Shown: positions 12,700 to 26,549, numbered from the stretch's first letter. The stretch is DNA of 64,000 nt from Octopus vulgaris (GCA_951406725.2 OX597822.1:6944001-7008000); one strand, 5' to 3'. A program made the numbers and translations. The notes: generated by a model from the letters alone, not told the origin.

Positions 12700-13270
12700 A
12701 TATTACTGCACGACTAAGACTGAAGACCTGAAGCACATTATTACCAACAGTGACACGATGTCTCCCAGATATTATCTTCTCACGAAGCATGTTACGGTAG
12801 GCAGAAGGGCCTGGAACAATATAACAGAAAAGAGAAAACCTACAAATGAAGTTGACCATATTGTGAGCGATGGGTGAAAAGAATACTGATGGAACTTGAA
12901 AATTAAAACAACCACCACGTGAAAACACGACCGGTCAGATATTTTAGCGTGGGATCATAAAGTAAATATACGTTGTGCTTTGGAAATCAGCAGCACTCTG
13001 AACACGATTGTGGGTAGAAATCTATAAGAGAAAGAAAACATCTATGGACCGTTGATAGGGAGTTTCCAAATCCAGTACCCAAGATAAACTTTCAGGTTCA
13101 TACCCATTATTATTGAAGCAATAAGATATATACCAGCCCGTCTGGAGCAGAATGTGGCTGAACTTTGAATCTTGCAGAAAGAAATAAACTCCTTAATTAA
13201 TAAGCTACAAATGACCGCGATATCTAGGACTATAAAAATCTGCAAGACTTTCTTAAGATTTAAAAGATGA
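12700..13270 (+). mobile_element. Decayed REL-endonuclease LINE C-terminus
   Basis: EDLKHII, WNLKIKTT..HDRSDILAWD..LEIS, EKENIYGPL, FIPIIIEAIRYIP, and RTIKICKTFLRF. Confidence 0.7.
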
Positions 13271-13387
13271 CAATTAAATCAAGATACTTCTCTTCATAAA
13301 CTTGCTACCAATCGGTGGCCAGTCAAAATTTAATCTAGATTAAAAATAGAAGGCGAATTCATACACACATTCAAACAGAGGCTCTCA

Positions 13388-13562
13388 TACATACATACAT
13401 GCATACATACAAACATACGTATATAAGCACATACATACATGCATACATACAAACATACGTATATACGCACATACATACATGCATACATACAAACATACGT
13501 ATATACGCACATACATACATGCATACATACAAACATACGTATATACGCACATACATACATGC
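13388..13562. repeat. 40-bp minisatellite (~4 copies) built from ACAT units
   Basis: acatacatacatgcatacatacaaacatacgtatatacgc repeated. Confidence 0.9.
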
Positions 13563-13585
13563 GTACATATATTTGATTATGCTCA

Positions 13586-13988
13586 TTTACTCTTTACTCT
13601 TTTACTTGTTTCAGTCATTTGACTGCGGCCATGCTGGAGCACCGCCTTTAATCGAGCAACTCGACCCCGTGACTTATTCTTTTGAAAGCCCAGTACGTAT
13701 TCTATCGGTCTCTTTTGCCGAACCGCTAAGTAACGGGGACATAAACACACCAGCATCGGTTGTTAAGCAATGCTAGGGGACAAACACAGACACACAAACA
13801 CACATACGCATATATATATATATATATATATACATATATACGACGGGCTTCTTTCAGTTTCCGTCTACCAAATCCACTCACAAGGCTTTGGTCGGCCCGA
13901 GACTATAGTAGAAGGCACTTGCCCAAGGTGCCACGCAGTGGGACTGAACCCGAAACCATGTGGTTGGTAGACAAGCTACTTACCCCAC
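13586..13988 (-). mobile_element. tRNA-derived SINE, family B
   Basis: Near-identical to 29501-29939, with internal (TA)n and a gagtaaa-type tail. Confidence 0.9.
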
Positions 13989-14649
13989 GTATTGGACTAT
14001 TTAAAAGTTTAACCTCACAATTGTCACTACTCATATGTAATAAAAAATATATATTGTATACAAAATATCCTTATACACCAATGAATATTGATACGTGAAA
14101 TGGAAACGAAAGAGAAATAACATCGAAACAAATATACAAGCTATCAAAGGAACATGCTGAAAACTGATCAGTTGTGAACGAGAATACCAGAAATTCATAA
14201 TTTCATAAATACATGTTTAGAAGAGAGAGAAGTTAAATTACATGTGTTTTGTAATATACATATGTATCGTATTACAAACCCCACCTTTCTACAGTGCCAT
14301 AGCTATAATCACGTTAAACATACCCAGCATAGTCTCAATTGACCCTTACCTACAATTGTTAATCCGTGATATAATCCAGTCTAGACATCAACTGCCGGAT
14401 GAAATAAGTCAATCCAAATCTGTCTTACATTCATTCATTCATTTATTCATTCATTCTCTCTTTCTTTCTCAATCTTTCCCTCTTTCTCCCTTTCTCTCTT
14501 TCTTTCTCGTTATATATTCTTCTTTCTGATACGCATGATTGTTTAAAATCTGTATTTGAGAATAGAAGATTCAATGTTTTTGTCTCTGTATTTAGGATGG
14601 AATATGCGTATTTCCGTACAGAAATGTATATGTGTGTATATATACAATA

Positions 14650-14742
<93 letters not shown>

Positions 14743-14794
14743 CGGGAAGCTTTATGAAAATAGACAAAAGACGAAGGCAGGTGGAAAACAAACA

Positions 14795-14830
<36 letters not shown>

Positions 14831-14855
14831 CACGTATATTCACACACACACAAAC

Positions 14856-14891
<36 letters not shown>

Positions 14892-15058
14892 ATGTATGCA
14901 TTATTCCCTTTGCCAGGCAATGAAATTTTTCCTTACATATTGGAAGAAAAAAGCAAAATATACTGTATAGAAATTTGTTATCCTAAATTCAATTTATTCT
15001 TCAAATGGGATACAATTTATTCTTTAATTAGGAAATCAATTCTGAATTCATAATACAA

Positions 15059-15171
<113 letters not shown>

Positions 15172-15172
15172 T

Positions 15173-15208
<36 letters not shown>

Positions 15209-15289
15209 AACAATAATAATAATAATAAACGAAAATACAAAATTTACCACTTTTATAAAAGCAGATAAATTCTACCACATATGTTAAAG

Positions 15290-16590
15290 GAAATTGTGTA
15301 AGAGCTTCTTGGTAAACAACATTCTTTGATTTCTGGTTTGGAGCATAGACAAATATGTCTTGAAAACTACCTACCTTGGGGCAACCAATATAAAGTTGAC
15401 CATGAGAAAAGCAAGCCAGTAGATTTCAAAGAGTGACCTTGAGCTTTATTAATAAATATTTCAAAAAGCAAGGTCGCACTGGGAGTTGTGTTCGCTTGAA
15501 CCCAAATGGCATGTTTGTTGGTTTGTTTGGAATTCTTGGAATGAAAACCTCTTCCCCAGAGGCAAATCCAATGATGATGGTAGCTTCTGTCACATTAGGT
15601 GATAATGCCTTCACAATCAACTTGTCCCATTGCATAATTTTGGAGGATCTAAATTTCTTAGAAGTATTATTGGGACTTCCACCTTCAGAAAACGTTTGTG
15701 CAAGAATTCCAGGTGGCTCAAGAGAATTAAGGAACTCTGTTGGATAATGGATAGCTTGGTTTACATGAAGGACTGAATCAACTGATTTGTACTTCTTAAT
15801 GACTGATGGAATCTTATTCATTAATTCAGGGTTAATCCTTGCCACTATCTCATTTTTTGGAGTAAGAAATGCACTTTCATACAACCATTTATGTGAATTT
15901 ATAATTATTACTGAAGCCTGGAAATACCCTGTTCTTCAATTCAGCTGCTAAGGAATTCACCATGATAGCAATATGAGCCAAACTGATATCAACATTCCCA
16001 TCAAATAGTACATTCCTATTTCCTAATTGGAGGATCCAGGTTTCGCACTTTGGTCCTCGTGTAATGGAGCTCACACGTTAGTATTGAAGGAGAATTTCAG
16101 CACTTTATCCCATAAGTGTGAAGACTTAATGTATGCTTGTATTTCATTAGATTTCGTTCGTCTCAGAATGACTGGTAATGTCTGACTGAAGTCTCCCAAT
16201 AAAACTAATGTAACTCCTCCCATAAAATTATTGTTGCCTCTGATGTCCTGAAAGGTCCTGCCAAGAACTTTCATTGCACCTCTATATAACATGGTGCATT
16301 CATCCCAAATGATAAGGTGGAATTGGCACAACACTTCTGCTGAACCTGAATCTCTGCTTATGTTACAAATTTGACTGTCATTGGTGACCAGGTTTAGTGG
16401 TATAAAATCAGAATGAGCCGTTCGTCTTCCTGGGAGACTGGTGGCAGCAAAGGCAGACAATGGTACGGCAACTGCAACATTATTGTTGCCTCACATGTAG
16501 AAAAGCAATGTTACACATGTTTCACATCTGTCACCAAATGTTACAAATATTTTACCTGTGCCATCAAGAAAGAAAATTACTCTGCTTTTT
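15290..16590 (-). mobile_element. Helitron RepHel helicase (PIF1-like) remnant
   Basis: AATSLPGRRTAHS, LIIWDECTM, GGVTLVLLGDFSQTLPV, EFLNSLEPPG, VFIPRIP, FKRTQLPVR, INKAQG, FSHGQLY. Frameshifted. Confidence 0.92.
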
Positions 16591-17563
16591 TCTGACGATT
16601 GTTGAACGCCGTACGCATACACACACAAATACATTTAGATACAGTATTAAATAGCAGATCAAATGGACGTGTGTGTGTGTGAGAGAGAGAGAGAGAGAAT
16701 GGGTGTGTTTTCAGATATACGTACATAACTAGATAAATAGGCATACATCTTTCTTATATGTATGTGTAGGTGTGTGAGTGAGAGAGTGTGTGTGCTACTT
16801 AGACATCACTCTCTCACACACACATACATACAAAAAATGCATATGTATTTATATACGTATACAGAACAACACACCCTTTCACTCATACACACACATACAT
16901 AAATGTATAGAAACGTACATAAAAAACACACGTGTGCGTGTGTGACTGACTACAAATACACGGCGGGAAAAACAAAATAAATAATAATTTTTACGGAAAT
17001 TAACGAAGTGGGCTAGTTCAAGCAAAATAATGCCCATATTTTTGGGGGCGCCCCATGTTGAATTGTAAAATTTTAACGTGATATTTGTGTAATAAAGAAA
17101 TAAAAGCTGGATTGTGAGAGAAAGAGAGAGTGAGAGAGAGAGGGGGAGAGAGAGACGAAGAAAGATAGTGATAGAGGGAGAGAGAAGAGAGAGAGAGAAG
17201 GAGAGAGAGATAACATTGCAAATAATGAGTAAGATAGACATGAAATGAAATAATCGTATCAATAAAAGCACGTTAAAACTATCTTGTGCCGAATATTTAA
17301 ATAATTTATCATAGATGTTTACAAATAGCGAATTAAAACTTGAAATGAAAGCATTAAAAATAGACAGGGGCAGAGGACTTCGCCGTTTGTACGTCAATAC
17401 CGGAAGTTGACATTGAGAAACATTTTTAAAGAAGTGAATCTAATATATAAAACCAAGTGATATTTTCTTTTATTTTTAATAAAAAATCAAATGAGGATCC
17501 TATAAATTGTCGAAGGTGGAATTATTCATGTATTCGAGCGAAAACTGAATACACACACATCTC

Positions 17564-17608
<45 letters not shown>

Positions 17609-17716
17609 ATTATATATATATATACAAAATTTAGATTCAGTTGAATATCATACTTAAGTTAAAGGCACCAGAATTTAGTATGGTATTACCGATGTATTTC
17701 AAAATGGGGTGTTTGG

Positions 17717-17764
<48 letters not shown>

Positions 17765-17793
17765 AATACTAATATTTCTAGGTTTCTCTGTAG

Positions 17794-17852
<59 letters not shown>

Positions 17853-17937
17853 TTAGAGACAAAACCACTATTTTGCAAAACAAACAAGGAAAGACTTAAT
17901 CAATACATAAAATTTTAATAAAAAGTCAAAAAAACCG

Positions 17938-17980
17938 CCACTACAATTGTTTCTTGTCTTGATCGACAATCTTCAGGTGG
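17938..17980 (-). ncRNA. Minimal type-I hammerhead ribozyme (canonical core)
   Basis: Reverse complement of 20683-20725. Confidence 0.8.
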
Positions 17981-20682
17981 ACTTCCAATCTAAAATATCA
18001 ATATTTTAAAATATAAAAATAATAATCTTAAAATAATTAAAGTATTAATGAAAAAATATAAATATATAATCTATATATAACCTATATATAATCCATATAT
18101 AATCAATATATAAACAATATATAAACTAAAATAAACCTATCAACAATTAAATATAAAATATAAAATATAAAATATAAAATATAAAACAAAACAAAAAATA
18201 AACTATATATACACCCATACACATATAACTAATTATATATAACCATATCTAAATACATACACGAAATCACACACCTATATATATATATCCCTATACATAC
18301 ACATAAAAACGTCTAGGCAACGATAAATAAATAAAATAGCTAAATACTTCAACACAATACTTATTCATACTCCCTCACACACACATACAACCCACATTCC
18401 CGCTCTAGAAACGGACATCACTTAAAATTATGAACGGAGAAATGGAATAAATGGAATTAAAATTATATTCACTTGGTAAAACGAACACTACTTAAAAATT
18501 ATGAATGAAACAATGCAATAAAACAACAGACATCGCAAATAGACACAAATTACTACGAATTCCTTAACAAAACTACCATGATAAACCAAAACTCATAAAA
18601 ACATATAATGATAAAATCTCCCTTTACTAAACTCTATAACATACCTATATAGCAATCCCCCTAACCTAAACATTCACACACAAATACACACACGTAAACC
18701 ACACACCCACGACATATACAAATACCCACCCCACTTACACATACCTATACATACATATAAACCTCAACATATACTCCAAAAACCCACTCAACCCCACACA
18801 GACAAATAAACACACATCCCCAAAGGGAATTCGTGGTAATTTGTCTATTTACGATGTTTGTTGTTTTATTGCATTGTTTCATTCATAATTTTTGAGTGGT
18901 GTTCGTTTTGCCACGTGAATATTATTTTTAATTCCATTTATTCCATTTCACCATTCATAATTTTAAAAGATGTTCGTTTCCAGAGCGGGAATACTTTTTA
19001 TACATATGTTAAGTTCCTTGGTAACGTAATTTTGTTTGGTGTATATGTTGAGGCTTATATGTACTTGTGGGTGTGTGTGAGTGGGGTGGGTGTTTGTATT
19101 TGTTATGGGTGTGTGGTTTACGTGTGTGTATTTGTGTGTGAATGTATAGGTTAAAGGGATTGCTATATAAGTATGTTATAGTGTTTAGTAAAGGAGGTTT
19201 TATCATTTATGTTTTTGTGAGTTTTAGTTTATCATGTTAGTTTTATAAAAGAATCCATTCATAATTTTTTAAATAATGTTGGTTTACCGCGTGTATATAA
19301 TTTTTAATTCCATTTATTCTATTTCTCCATTCATAATTTTAAGTGAGGTTTGCTTCCATAGCGCGTATTCTTTTTATACATAAGTTATGTTCCTATGGTA
19401 ACGTAATTTGGTTTGATATTTTTAACGGATTAGAATTTAATTTCACTTCATAATTTGAAACTGACTTGAAAGTATGTATATTATTTCTCCTTATGTCATA
19501 TTGTTATTTTTGATATTCTGGTTACCTACGATGTATTTTATATATCGTATTATGTGTAATAATGTTGTTTTTCTTTGGAGTGTTTATGTATGTGGGATTG
19601 TGTGTGAGTGTGTGCGTATTTTGGTTGTGTAGTTTGTTTATCTGTATGAATGTGGGTGTGTTAATATTGTTGTGTATGTCGAGTTTGGTGAGTATGTATA
19701 TGTATATGGTGTGTGTTTTACGTATGTATATTTGTGTGTGAATGTGTTTATGGGTTTGCTATTTAGGTTTGGGGATGTATGTGTTTATTTGTCTGTGTGG
19801 GGTTGAGTGGGTTTTTGGAGTATATGTTGAGGTTTATATGTATGTATAGGTATGTGTAAGTGGGGTGGGTATTTGTATATGTCGTGGGTGTGTGGTTTAC
19901 GTGTGTGTATTTGTGTGTGAATGTTTAGGTTAGGGGGATTGCTATATAGGTATGTTATAGAGTTTAGTAAAGGGAGATTTTATCATTATATGTTTTTATG
20001 AGTTTTGGTTTATCATGGTAGTTTTGTTAAGGAATTCGTAGTAATTTGAGTCTATTTGCGATGTCTGTTGTTTTATTGCATTGTTTCATTCATAATTTTT
20101 AAGTAGTGTTCGTTTTACCAAGTGAATATAATTTTAATTCCATTTATTCCATTTCTCCGTTCATAATTTTAAGTGATGTCCGTTTCTAGAGCGGGAATGT
20201 GGGTTGTATGTGTGTGTGAGGGAGTATGAATAAGTATTGATACTTTGATAGGTTTCGGCTATTATTGGCCCAGGCCATGTCTAACTTAATAGCACCACCT
20301 GGTATTGTGTTGAAGTATTTAGGTATTTTTTTTTAAATTAATTATTGCCTAGACGTTTTTATGTGTATGTATAGGGATATATATATAGGTGTGTGATTTA
20401 GTGTATGTATTTAGATATGGTTATATATAATTAGTTATATGTGTATGGGTGTATATTTAGTTTATTTTTTGTTTTGTTTTATATTTTATATTTTATATTT
20501 TATATTTTATATTTAATTGTTGATAGGTTTATTTTAGTTTATATATTGTTTATATATTGATTATATATGGATTATATATAGGTTATATATAGATTATATA
20601 TTTATATTTTTTCATTAATACTTTAATTATTTTAAAATTATTATTTTTATATTTTAAAATATTGATATTTTAGATTGGAAGT

Positions 20683-20725
20683 CCACCTGAAGATTGTCGA
20701 TCAAGACAAGAAACAATTGTAGTGG
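20683..20725 (+). ncRNA. Minimal type-I hammerhead ribozyme (canonical core)
   Basis: ccac-CTGAAGA-ttgtc gatcaa gacaa-GAAAC AATT GTA-gtgg. Stem I 4 bp, stem II 5 bp, palindromic stem III (ACAATTGT), GUA cleavage triplet. Confidence 0.85.
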
Positions 20726-20896
20726 CGGTTTTTTTGACTTTTTATTAAAATTTTATGTATTGATTAAGTCTTTCCTTGTTTGTTTTGCAAAATAGTGGTT
20801 TTGTCTCTTATAATATTATATAATATTTTACTATAAAATTGGATTTAATCCTAAATCTGATTTTTTCCCTGTAAATTTGGATTTATTCCCTAATAT

Positions 20897-20996
<100 letters not shown>

Positions 20997-22327
20997 GTAT
21001 GTATGCATGTATAAAGAAAGGGATAGAGAGACGAAAGAAGGGAGAAGACAGCTGTACGCATATACACCAACATACTTTACGCTTTTTCTCCATTTGTAGG
21101 TTCGTATGCATTTCTGTAAATGCATAATATATGTGAGTTATCATTCATCTAATCTGTATATTGGCTGCCTGTCTTTTGGTATATTAATCTATCTATATGT
21201 ATGCATGTATATATAAGCATACGGACGTACACACACATAACGACACGCACACACACACACTCACACACACATGCACACATGTATATTCATATATACTCAT
21301 AATCGTACACGATATGACATTATAGGAATGCATAGATTAAGGATTGCATTAATCGGATTTGTTGTCAGGCATTACTCTACGAATGGACACCGACCTACAT
21401 TTCAGAAACTGAAGTACACGATGTTGAACTAATGTGTGACTGACTTATCGTATCACAGGATTGTATATCTTGAGAGCAATTCTTGTGCAGCGTCAGTGAT
21501 GTAGCCTCTGTCTCTCGAATTACTGGTCCAGTCCACCTGACACGCTTCTACATATATCTAGTTCAACTCTAAATGTATTGATCGACGCGGCGCAGTGAGA
21601 GCGGAAGCGTAACCACGTGTCTGAAAATCGAGCATCTTCACTATTCTCCCTTGCTCAACCTACAAACTGTGTATACTGTACGAAAAAGACTTGTTATATA
21701 ACTTCGTTGACATAAAGCAGGTTTTACCGAGACTATGTTCCGTCCTGTGCTGTGATTGTGGACAGAGACAAAGGTTTGAGTAAATTTGATAGACGAATTT
21801 GCATATATACAAATATATAAAGTGCCTTTGGCAACTAGTTCCATTTATGAATTTCTAATTTATATACAGCCCGGTCTAAAATTCACTGGATGTGTTTAAA
21901 AATAGTCAGTCATTAAAAAAATATTATATTCAGTATATTTCTACACCGCTAGATACATAAATGCATCCATTGTCTCTCTGTCTGTCCGCCTCTGGCTGTC
22001 TGTCAGCAACTGGCAGTCTGTCTGTCTCTCTCTGTCTCTCTCGCTTTCTCTCCCTCTCCCTCTCTCTCTATTTATGTATGTTTGTGTGTTTGTATACGTG
22101 TGTGTTCGTATGTGCATATGTAATTTTATATTTCTGTTTGGAGTTTCAATTTTTTACACTCTTGTAATCATCAAGCGCAAATATTTACTATGTATTTTGA
22201 GGTTTAAATATTGTTTGGATTTCCTTGGCATCCGTAGCTTATTGCTCAAAATGTTTGTGGAGGCTACCTTTTGCAGTATCAATAGAAAGAGAAAACGATG
22301 ACATCTATGTAGATTTTGCCAACAAAG

Positions 22328-22372
<45 letters not shown>

Positions 22373-22490
22373 ACACACATACACACACACACACACACAC
22401 TCGTTCAGGCATATACATTCATACATGTATGTATGAACGCATGCATTCAAAAACACACACATGCATGCATGTGTGTGTTGTGTGTGTGTG

Positions 22491-22541
<51 letters not shown>

Positions 22542-22781
22542 ATTGTTTGTGTTTATGTGCATTTGTGTGTGTGTATTTATGGAAAACATAATTTCTGTGT
22601 CAAAACTGTTTTGCGCATCAGCTAAGTATACAGTTGCCTTGCGAATAAATGTTGTTTGTTGAGAATGGGTGCAACATTTTGCCGCTGATGACACCAATAA
22701 AAGTGTATAAATTTTATGTTTGTGTATCTTTCTTCCAACGTGCTTCATAAACTGCTGTCATGTTGTTTGTTCATTCTTGAG

Positions 22782-23056
22782 CTATGGCTGGCTCATAAAG
22801 GCCGGTTCCCAGGTTTCATTGGTGTATAGGTTCCCCACCTGAACGGAACGCAGGTCCGTCGCAGGTGAGCTACTAGATGCATGAGGAAAGCGAAAGAGGG
22901 AAGGTTGTGACGAAGGCGACAACGGAAGTTCTCCATTACCTTCTGGCTGAGCCTCATGGAGCTTAGGTGTTTCGTTCATAAACACACACATCGTCCGGTC
23001 TGAGATCCCTCGACCGCGTGTCCGCTGCTCTAACTACTAGGCCATGAGCCTCCACA
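22782..23056 (-). mobile_element. tRNA-derived SINE (head shared with family C, different body)
   Basis: Minus strand reads gtggaggctcatggcctagtagttagagcagcggacacgcggtc...aaacacctaagctccatgaggctc, matching the head of 52706-53092. Confidence 0.75.
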
Positions 23057-23415
23057 AACAACTGCAATAAGTATCTAAATTCAGGTGTATCATATCTCAC
23101 AGAATTGGAATTACAGTCATATGTTCTGTTATACATATTGGAAAACAGTAACCCTTCAAAATTTGTATTCAACTTCCTATATTCTTGTAGTGAACGTGTT
23201 ACTTGCTATTCTTTTAATCTTTGGAACTGTTTAACTGGCAAACAAATTGCAAAGATCGCTTGTTTAAATTTGGATTATTCGTTTGTTATCAGCATTTACA
23301 TGTCGATGTAAAAAGTACACACGCAACGATTAGCGAGTAAGGCTTTCTCGCAGAATTCTCGATCGCGAAACGGATTTCCTTGTAAAAATAGCTCAGTGAC
23401 GCTCAGGATAGACCG

Positions 23416-23461
<46 letters not shown>

Positions 23462-23590
23462 TAAAAAGAATTCCAACCTTGTCTGATTTTCACGTTTTAT
23501 TTACAATCTTATAATGATATATTATAAGATAATATATTATAATTGAATAAAATAAAATGAAATAGTAGAATGTTAAATATTCATTCTGAT

Positions 23591-23635
23591 TGAACTAGTA
23601 CTTTCATGCATTGAATTCTGCAATCTTCGGGTTCA
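23591..23635 (-). ncRNA. Minimal hammerhead in PLE pLTR (core CCGAAGA, U4C)
   Basis: Minus strand: tgaac-CCGAAGA-t tgca gaattcaa tgca t-GAAAGTAC TA-gttca. Confidence 0.7.
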
Positions 23636-23698
23636 TGTAGTAGTGTTGACAGTCATGCTTCACAATTTTTGACTGTAGCAAGATGAGTGATTCTGTGC

Positions 23699-23812
23699 TA
23701 TAAATACAGCTGGGTAGGCTCCAGAGTGCTAGGTTTTGCAAACTGTATTCTGACCAATCAGTGTGTAGTATCACTCAATTACTTAAGCTGATTGGTTGGT
23801 TGAGCTGATTGG
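23699..23812 (-). promoter_or_regulatory. Putative pLTR internal promoter
   Basis: Three CCAAT/ATTGG boxes (23754, 23791, 23808) and TATAAATA/TATTTATA (23699-23706), upstream of the hammerhead in element orientation. Confidence 0.4.
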
Positions 23813-24129
23813 TTTAGGCATCACGCTTTGTTGGACAGGTCAAGAGTCCTGTATCTTGACCCTGGCCGAAGCAGCAATTGTTGGGTTATTTTTAGAAATG
23901 TTGTAAATATCCTTTGTCAGAGATTTTTATATTTTTATATTTCAATTGTCATCATCATCATTGTCAGCACCTTAATTATTGTTGCTAGTGGTGATGGTGG
24001 TGGCAATAGAACTTTTAACCCTAAATAAGATAATTTTCCTGCTATCTTCGTCTTGATCACCTTTAGTATTGTTGTTGTTGTTAGTGGTCATGGTCGTAGC
24101 AGTGGAAGTAATACCTCTAAGTATTATTA

Positions 24130-26040
24130 TTATTGCTTATTTAGCTTGGGTTCGAATTTATCAATAAAATTCTTTTCTCTGATTTTCCTCTCGATTTCAC
24201 TTGGGCTGTGTAATTTGTAGAATGGAAATATTATATATATTTTCCGACCACATGTTGCTAGGTGGTTACTCAAAGGTATCTGACGGACCTCTGGGTCTCT
24301 AATCTGTTGCCGGTGTACACGTGAGCGTTCTAATAGTGCGTTTCCCGTCTGACCTACATATATTTCTTCACAATTTGGGCATTTGATGCAGTAAATTAAA
24401 TTTCTGCTTTTGCAGTTCATATTCGCGTTTGTGAATATTTTCCCGGTTTTTGTGTTTATATATTGACCGGTATGTATGAATTGGCATGTGCCACATCGGC
24501 TATCATTGCATTTAGATACCGTGAATGTTTGGTCTTTGTTGCTGAGGTCAAATTTTGCCTTTGTTAGTAATGTTTTCAAGTTTTTAGGCTGTCTTTTACT
24601 AAGCACCATAGCTCGATCCTTGATTATGTCTTTTAATTCATTACTTTGGGCAATGATTGGTAGGTTTGCTTTGGCAATGTTGAAGATATTCTGGTGACAT
24701 GGGTTGTGTGTCACTATGAATGGTATGACTTGTTCTTGTTTTCCTCTTCCTTGGGTTGTCCTAAGTTGTTGTATAGGTATTTTTGTAGCCCGCTGTATGC
24801 CATTTTCTATAAGTAGAGATGGGTATTTTTGTTTGAGCAAAAATTCTCTTAGTTCTATTAGGAGTTTGTTCCTGATATTTGCATATTCTACAATAGTACA
24901 AATTCTTCTGGCTAGGCAGTATGGGATGTTACGTTTTGTATGTGGTGGATGGCACGACTTAAAATTTAGGTATTGATGTGTGTCTGTGTGTTTATAGTAT
25001 ATATCTGTGGTGATGGTGGTGTCTTTTTTAATTACCATTATATCCAGGAATGGTAATTTGGTACTACTCATCTCCTTTGTAAATTTGAGAGATGGGTGTA
25101 GGTTGTTCAGGAGGATATTGAACTCTTCCAGAGTATTTAGAGATTCTGTCCAGATTATGAAACAGTCGTCTAGGTATCTCTTCCATGCCTTTTCAATATA
25201 CTTTCTAAATCCAGTGCCATAGTTTACCTCCACCTCTTGGTAGAGTTGTTCTTCTAAGTATCCCATTACAGAGTTGGCGTAAACGGGAGCAAACCTCGTT
25301 CCCATCGCCGTGCCTCTAATTTGGATGTAATTCTTTCCATTGAAGAAGAATGTGTTATTTTCTAGAATAAGTTTGACTGTGTCTAATATAAATGGCACTG
25401 TGAATCTGCTGGGAATCACTTCTCTATGTTTTTCTAACCAGTATTTAATCGCCTTTATTCCTAAATCGTGTGGAATATTGGTGTAGAGGCTTACCACATC
25501 AAAACTTAGCAAAACTGAATTTGTTTCTGTTGTTTTGGGAAGATGGGACAGGAAGTCGATGTCGTCCCTGATGAAACTTGGTATGTAAGTACATAGTGGT
25601 TTCAAAACAATGTCAATAAAATTGCTTAGACGGTGTGTAGGGCATGCTGGACCAGCTATAATAGGTCTAAGTTTTAGGTGTTTTGGATGTAATAATTTTA
25701 TGTACTCACTTTCTTGTTCTTTTACTGCCTGTTGAATGTTTTTTGATTTGTGTATTTTTGGTAAGCCGTAGAAGTTGCTGGGTTTTGGTTCAAAATTGGT
25801 GATGTAGTCTTTTTCATTATCCGTAAGTGAGTTGTGGTGTGTTGAAATCAGGTTGTTGATCTTTTTCATGATGTGGTGGTCTATATTTGCGGGTATTTCA
25901 CAATAGAAGGTTGTATCCTTCAGTTGGTCTTCAACCAAATCCTTATAGTATTCGGTATCCATAATAACAATTGCACCACCTTTATCTGCTTGTTTAATTA
26001 TTATTGTTTGATCGTTTTGTATACGTTTACATGCAGACAT
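24130..26040 (-). CDS. Penelope-like reverse transcriptase / GIY-YIG endonuclease (frame stays open to ~26211)
   Basis: 636 aa: ADKGG, FYGLPKIHK, SFDVVSLYTNIP, GTAMG, RYLDD, LPFLD, CNDSRCGTC, NLIYCIKCPNCEEIYVGQT. Confidence 0.95.
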   Translation of the reverse strand: MSACKRIQNDQTIIIKQADKGGAIVIMDTEYYKDLVEDQLKDTTFYCEIPANIDHHIMKKINNLISTHHNSLTDNEKDYITNFEPKPSNFYGLPKIHKSKNIQQAVKEQESEYIKLLHPKHLKLRPIIAGPACPTHRLSNFIDIVLKPLCTYIPSFIRDDIDFLSHLPKTTETNSVLLSFDVVSLYTNIPHDLGIKAIKYWLEKHREVIPSRFTVPFILDTVKLILENNTFFFNGKNYIQIRGTAMGTRFAPVYANSVMGYLEEQLYQEVEVNYGTGFRKYIEKAWKRYLDDCFIIWTESLNTLEEFNILLNNLHPSLKFTKEMSSTKLPFLDIMVIKKDTTITTDIYYKHTDTHQYLNFKSCHPPHTKRNIPYCLARRICTIVEYANIRNKLLIELREFLLKQKYPSLLIENGIQRATKIPIQQLRTTQGRGKQEQVIPFIVTHNPCHQNIFNIAKANLPIIAQSNELKDIIKDRAMVLSKRQPKNLKTLLTKAKFDLSNKDQTFTVSKCNDSRCGTCQFIHTGQYINTKTGKIFTNANMNCKSRNLIYCIKCPNCEEIYVGQTGNALLERSRVHRQQIRDPEVRQIPLSNHLATCGRKIYIIFPFYKLHSPSEIERKIREKNFIDKFEPKLNKQ

Positions 26041-26246
26041 CTCTGATTTGCTAATGTTTGGCCTAACATTGGTATTGCGTCTAAGGGGAAATTTAGACAG
26101 GATATCAATGTATTGGTCAAGGTAGTTATTTCTTCCTTTTGGTGGGGTGAAATTTGATTTATTCCTTACTAGGGATTCATCAATCTCATTACTTTTGTTA
26201 GCGAAGAATTCTACATATATATATATTCTACTATATATATATATTC

Positions 26247-26280
<34 letters not shown>

Positions 26281-26298
26281 CTATATATATAATTCTAC

Positions 26299-26329
<31 letters not shown>

Positions 26330-26549
26330 ATGTGTGTGTGTGTGTGCGTGCGCGTGTGTGTGCGTGTGTTTGTGTGCGTGCGTGCGTGTGTGTGTGTGTG
26401 TGTGCGTATCGCCACATGATGTATTAACTTGAACAAGCAATCAAACATTAAAAATAATAATAACAAAAGAAGAAAAGGGCGTGTATATGGAATGCGTTAG
26501 TTTAACGCCCATGAAAGGTGGGAAACAGTGTAGGTCTTTAACCTTTAGA

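Larger units (their letters stand above)
23458..26212 (-). mobile_element. 5'-truncated Penelope-like element (Neptune-like) with 3' pLTR, inserted in (TA)n
   Basis: RT + GIY-YIG ORF, then a 3' region with CCAAT boxes, a TATA-like box and a hammerhead. TA tracts at both ends. Confidence 0.93.

Noticed and set aside
13388-13562. CRISPR-like array
   Set aside because: Tandem units have no unique spacers, the context is eukaryotic, and there are no cas genes.
16600-17455. 5' end of the Helitron whose helicase lies at 15290-16590
   Set aside because: No clear TC terminus or Rep motifs, so the boundary cannot be supported.
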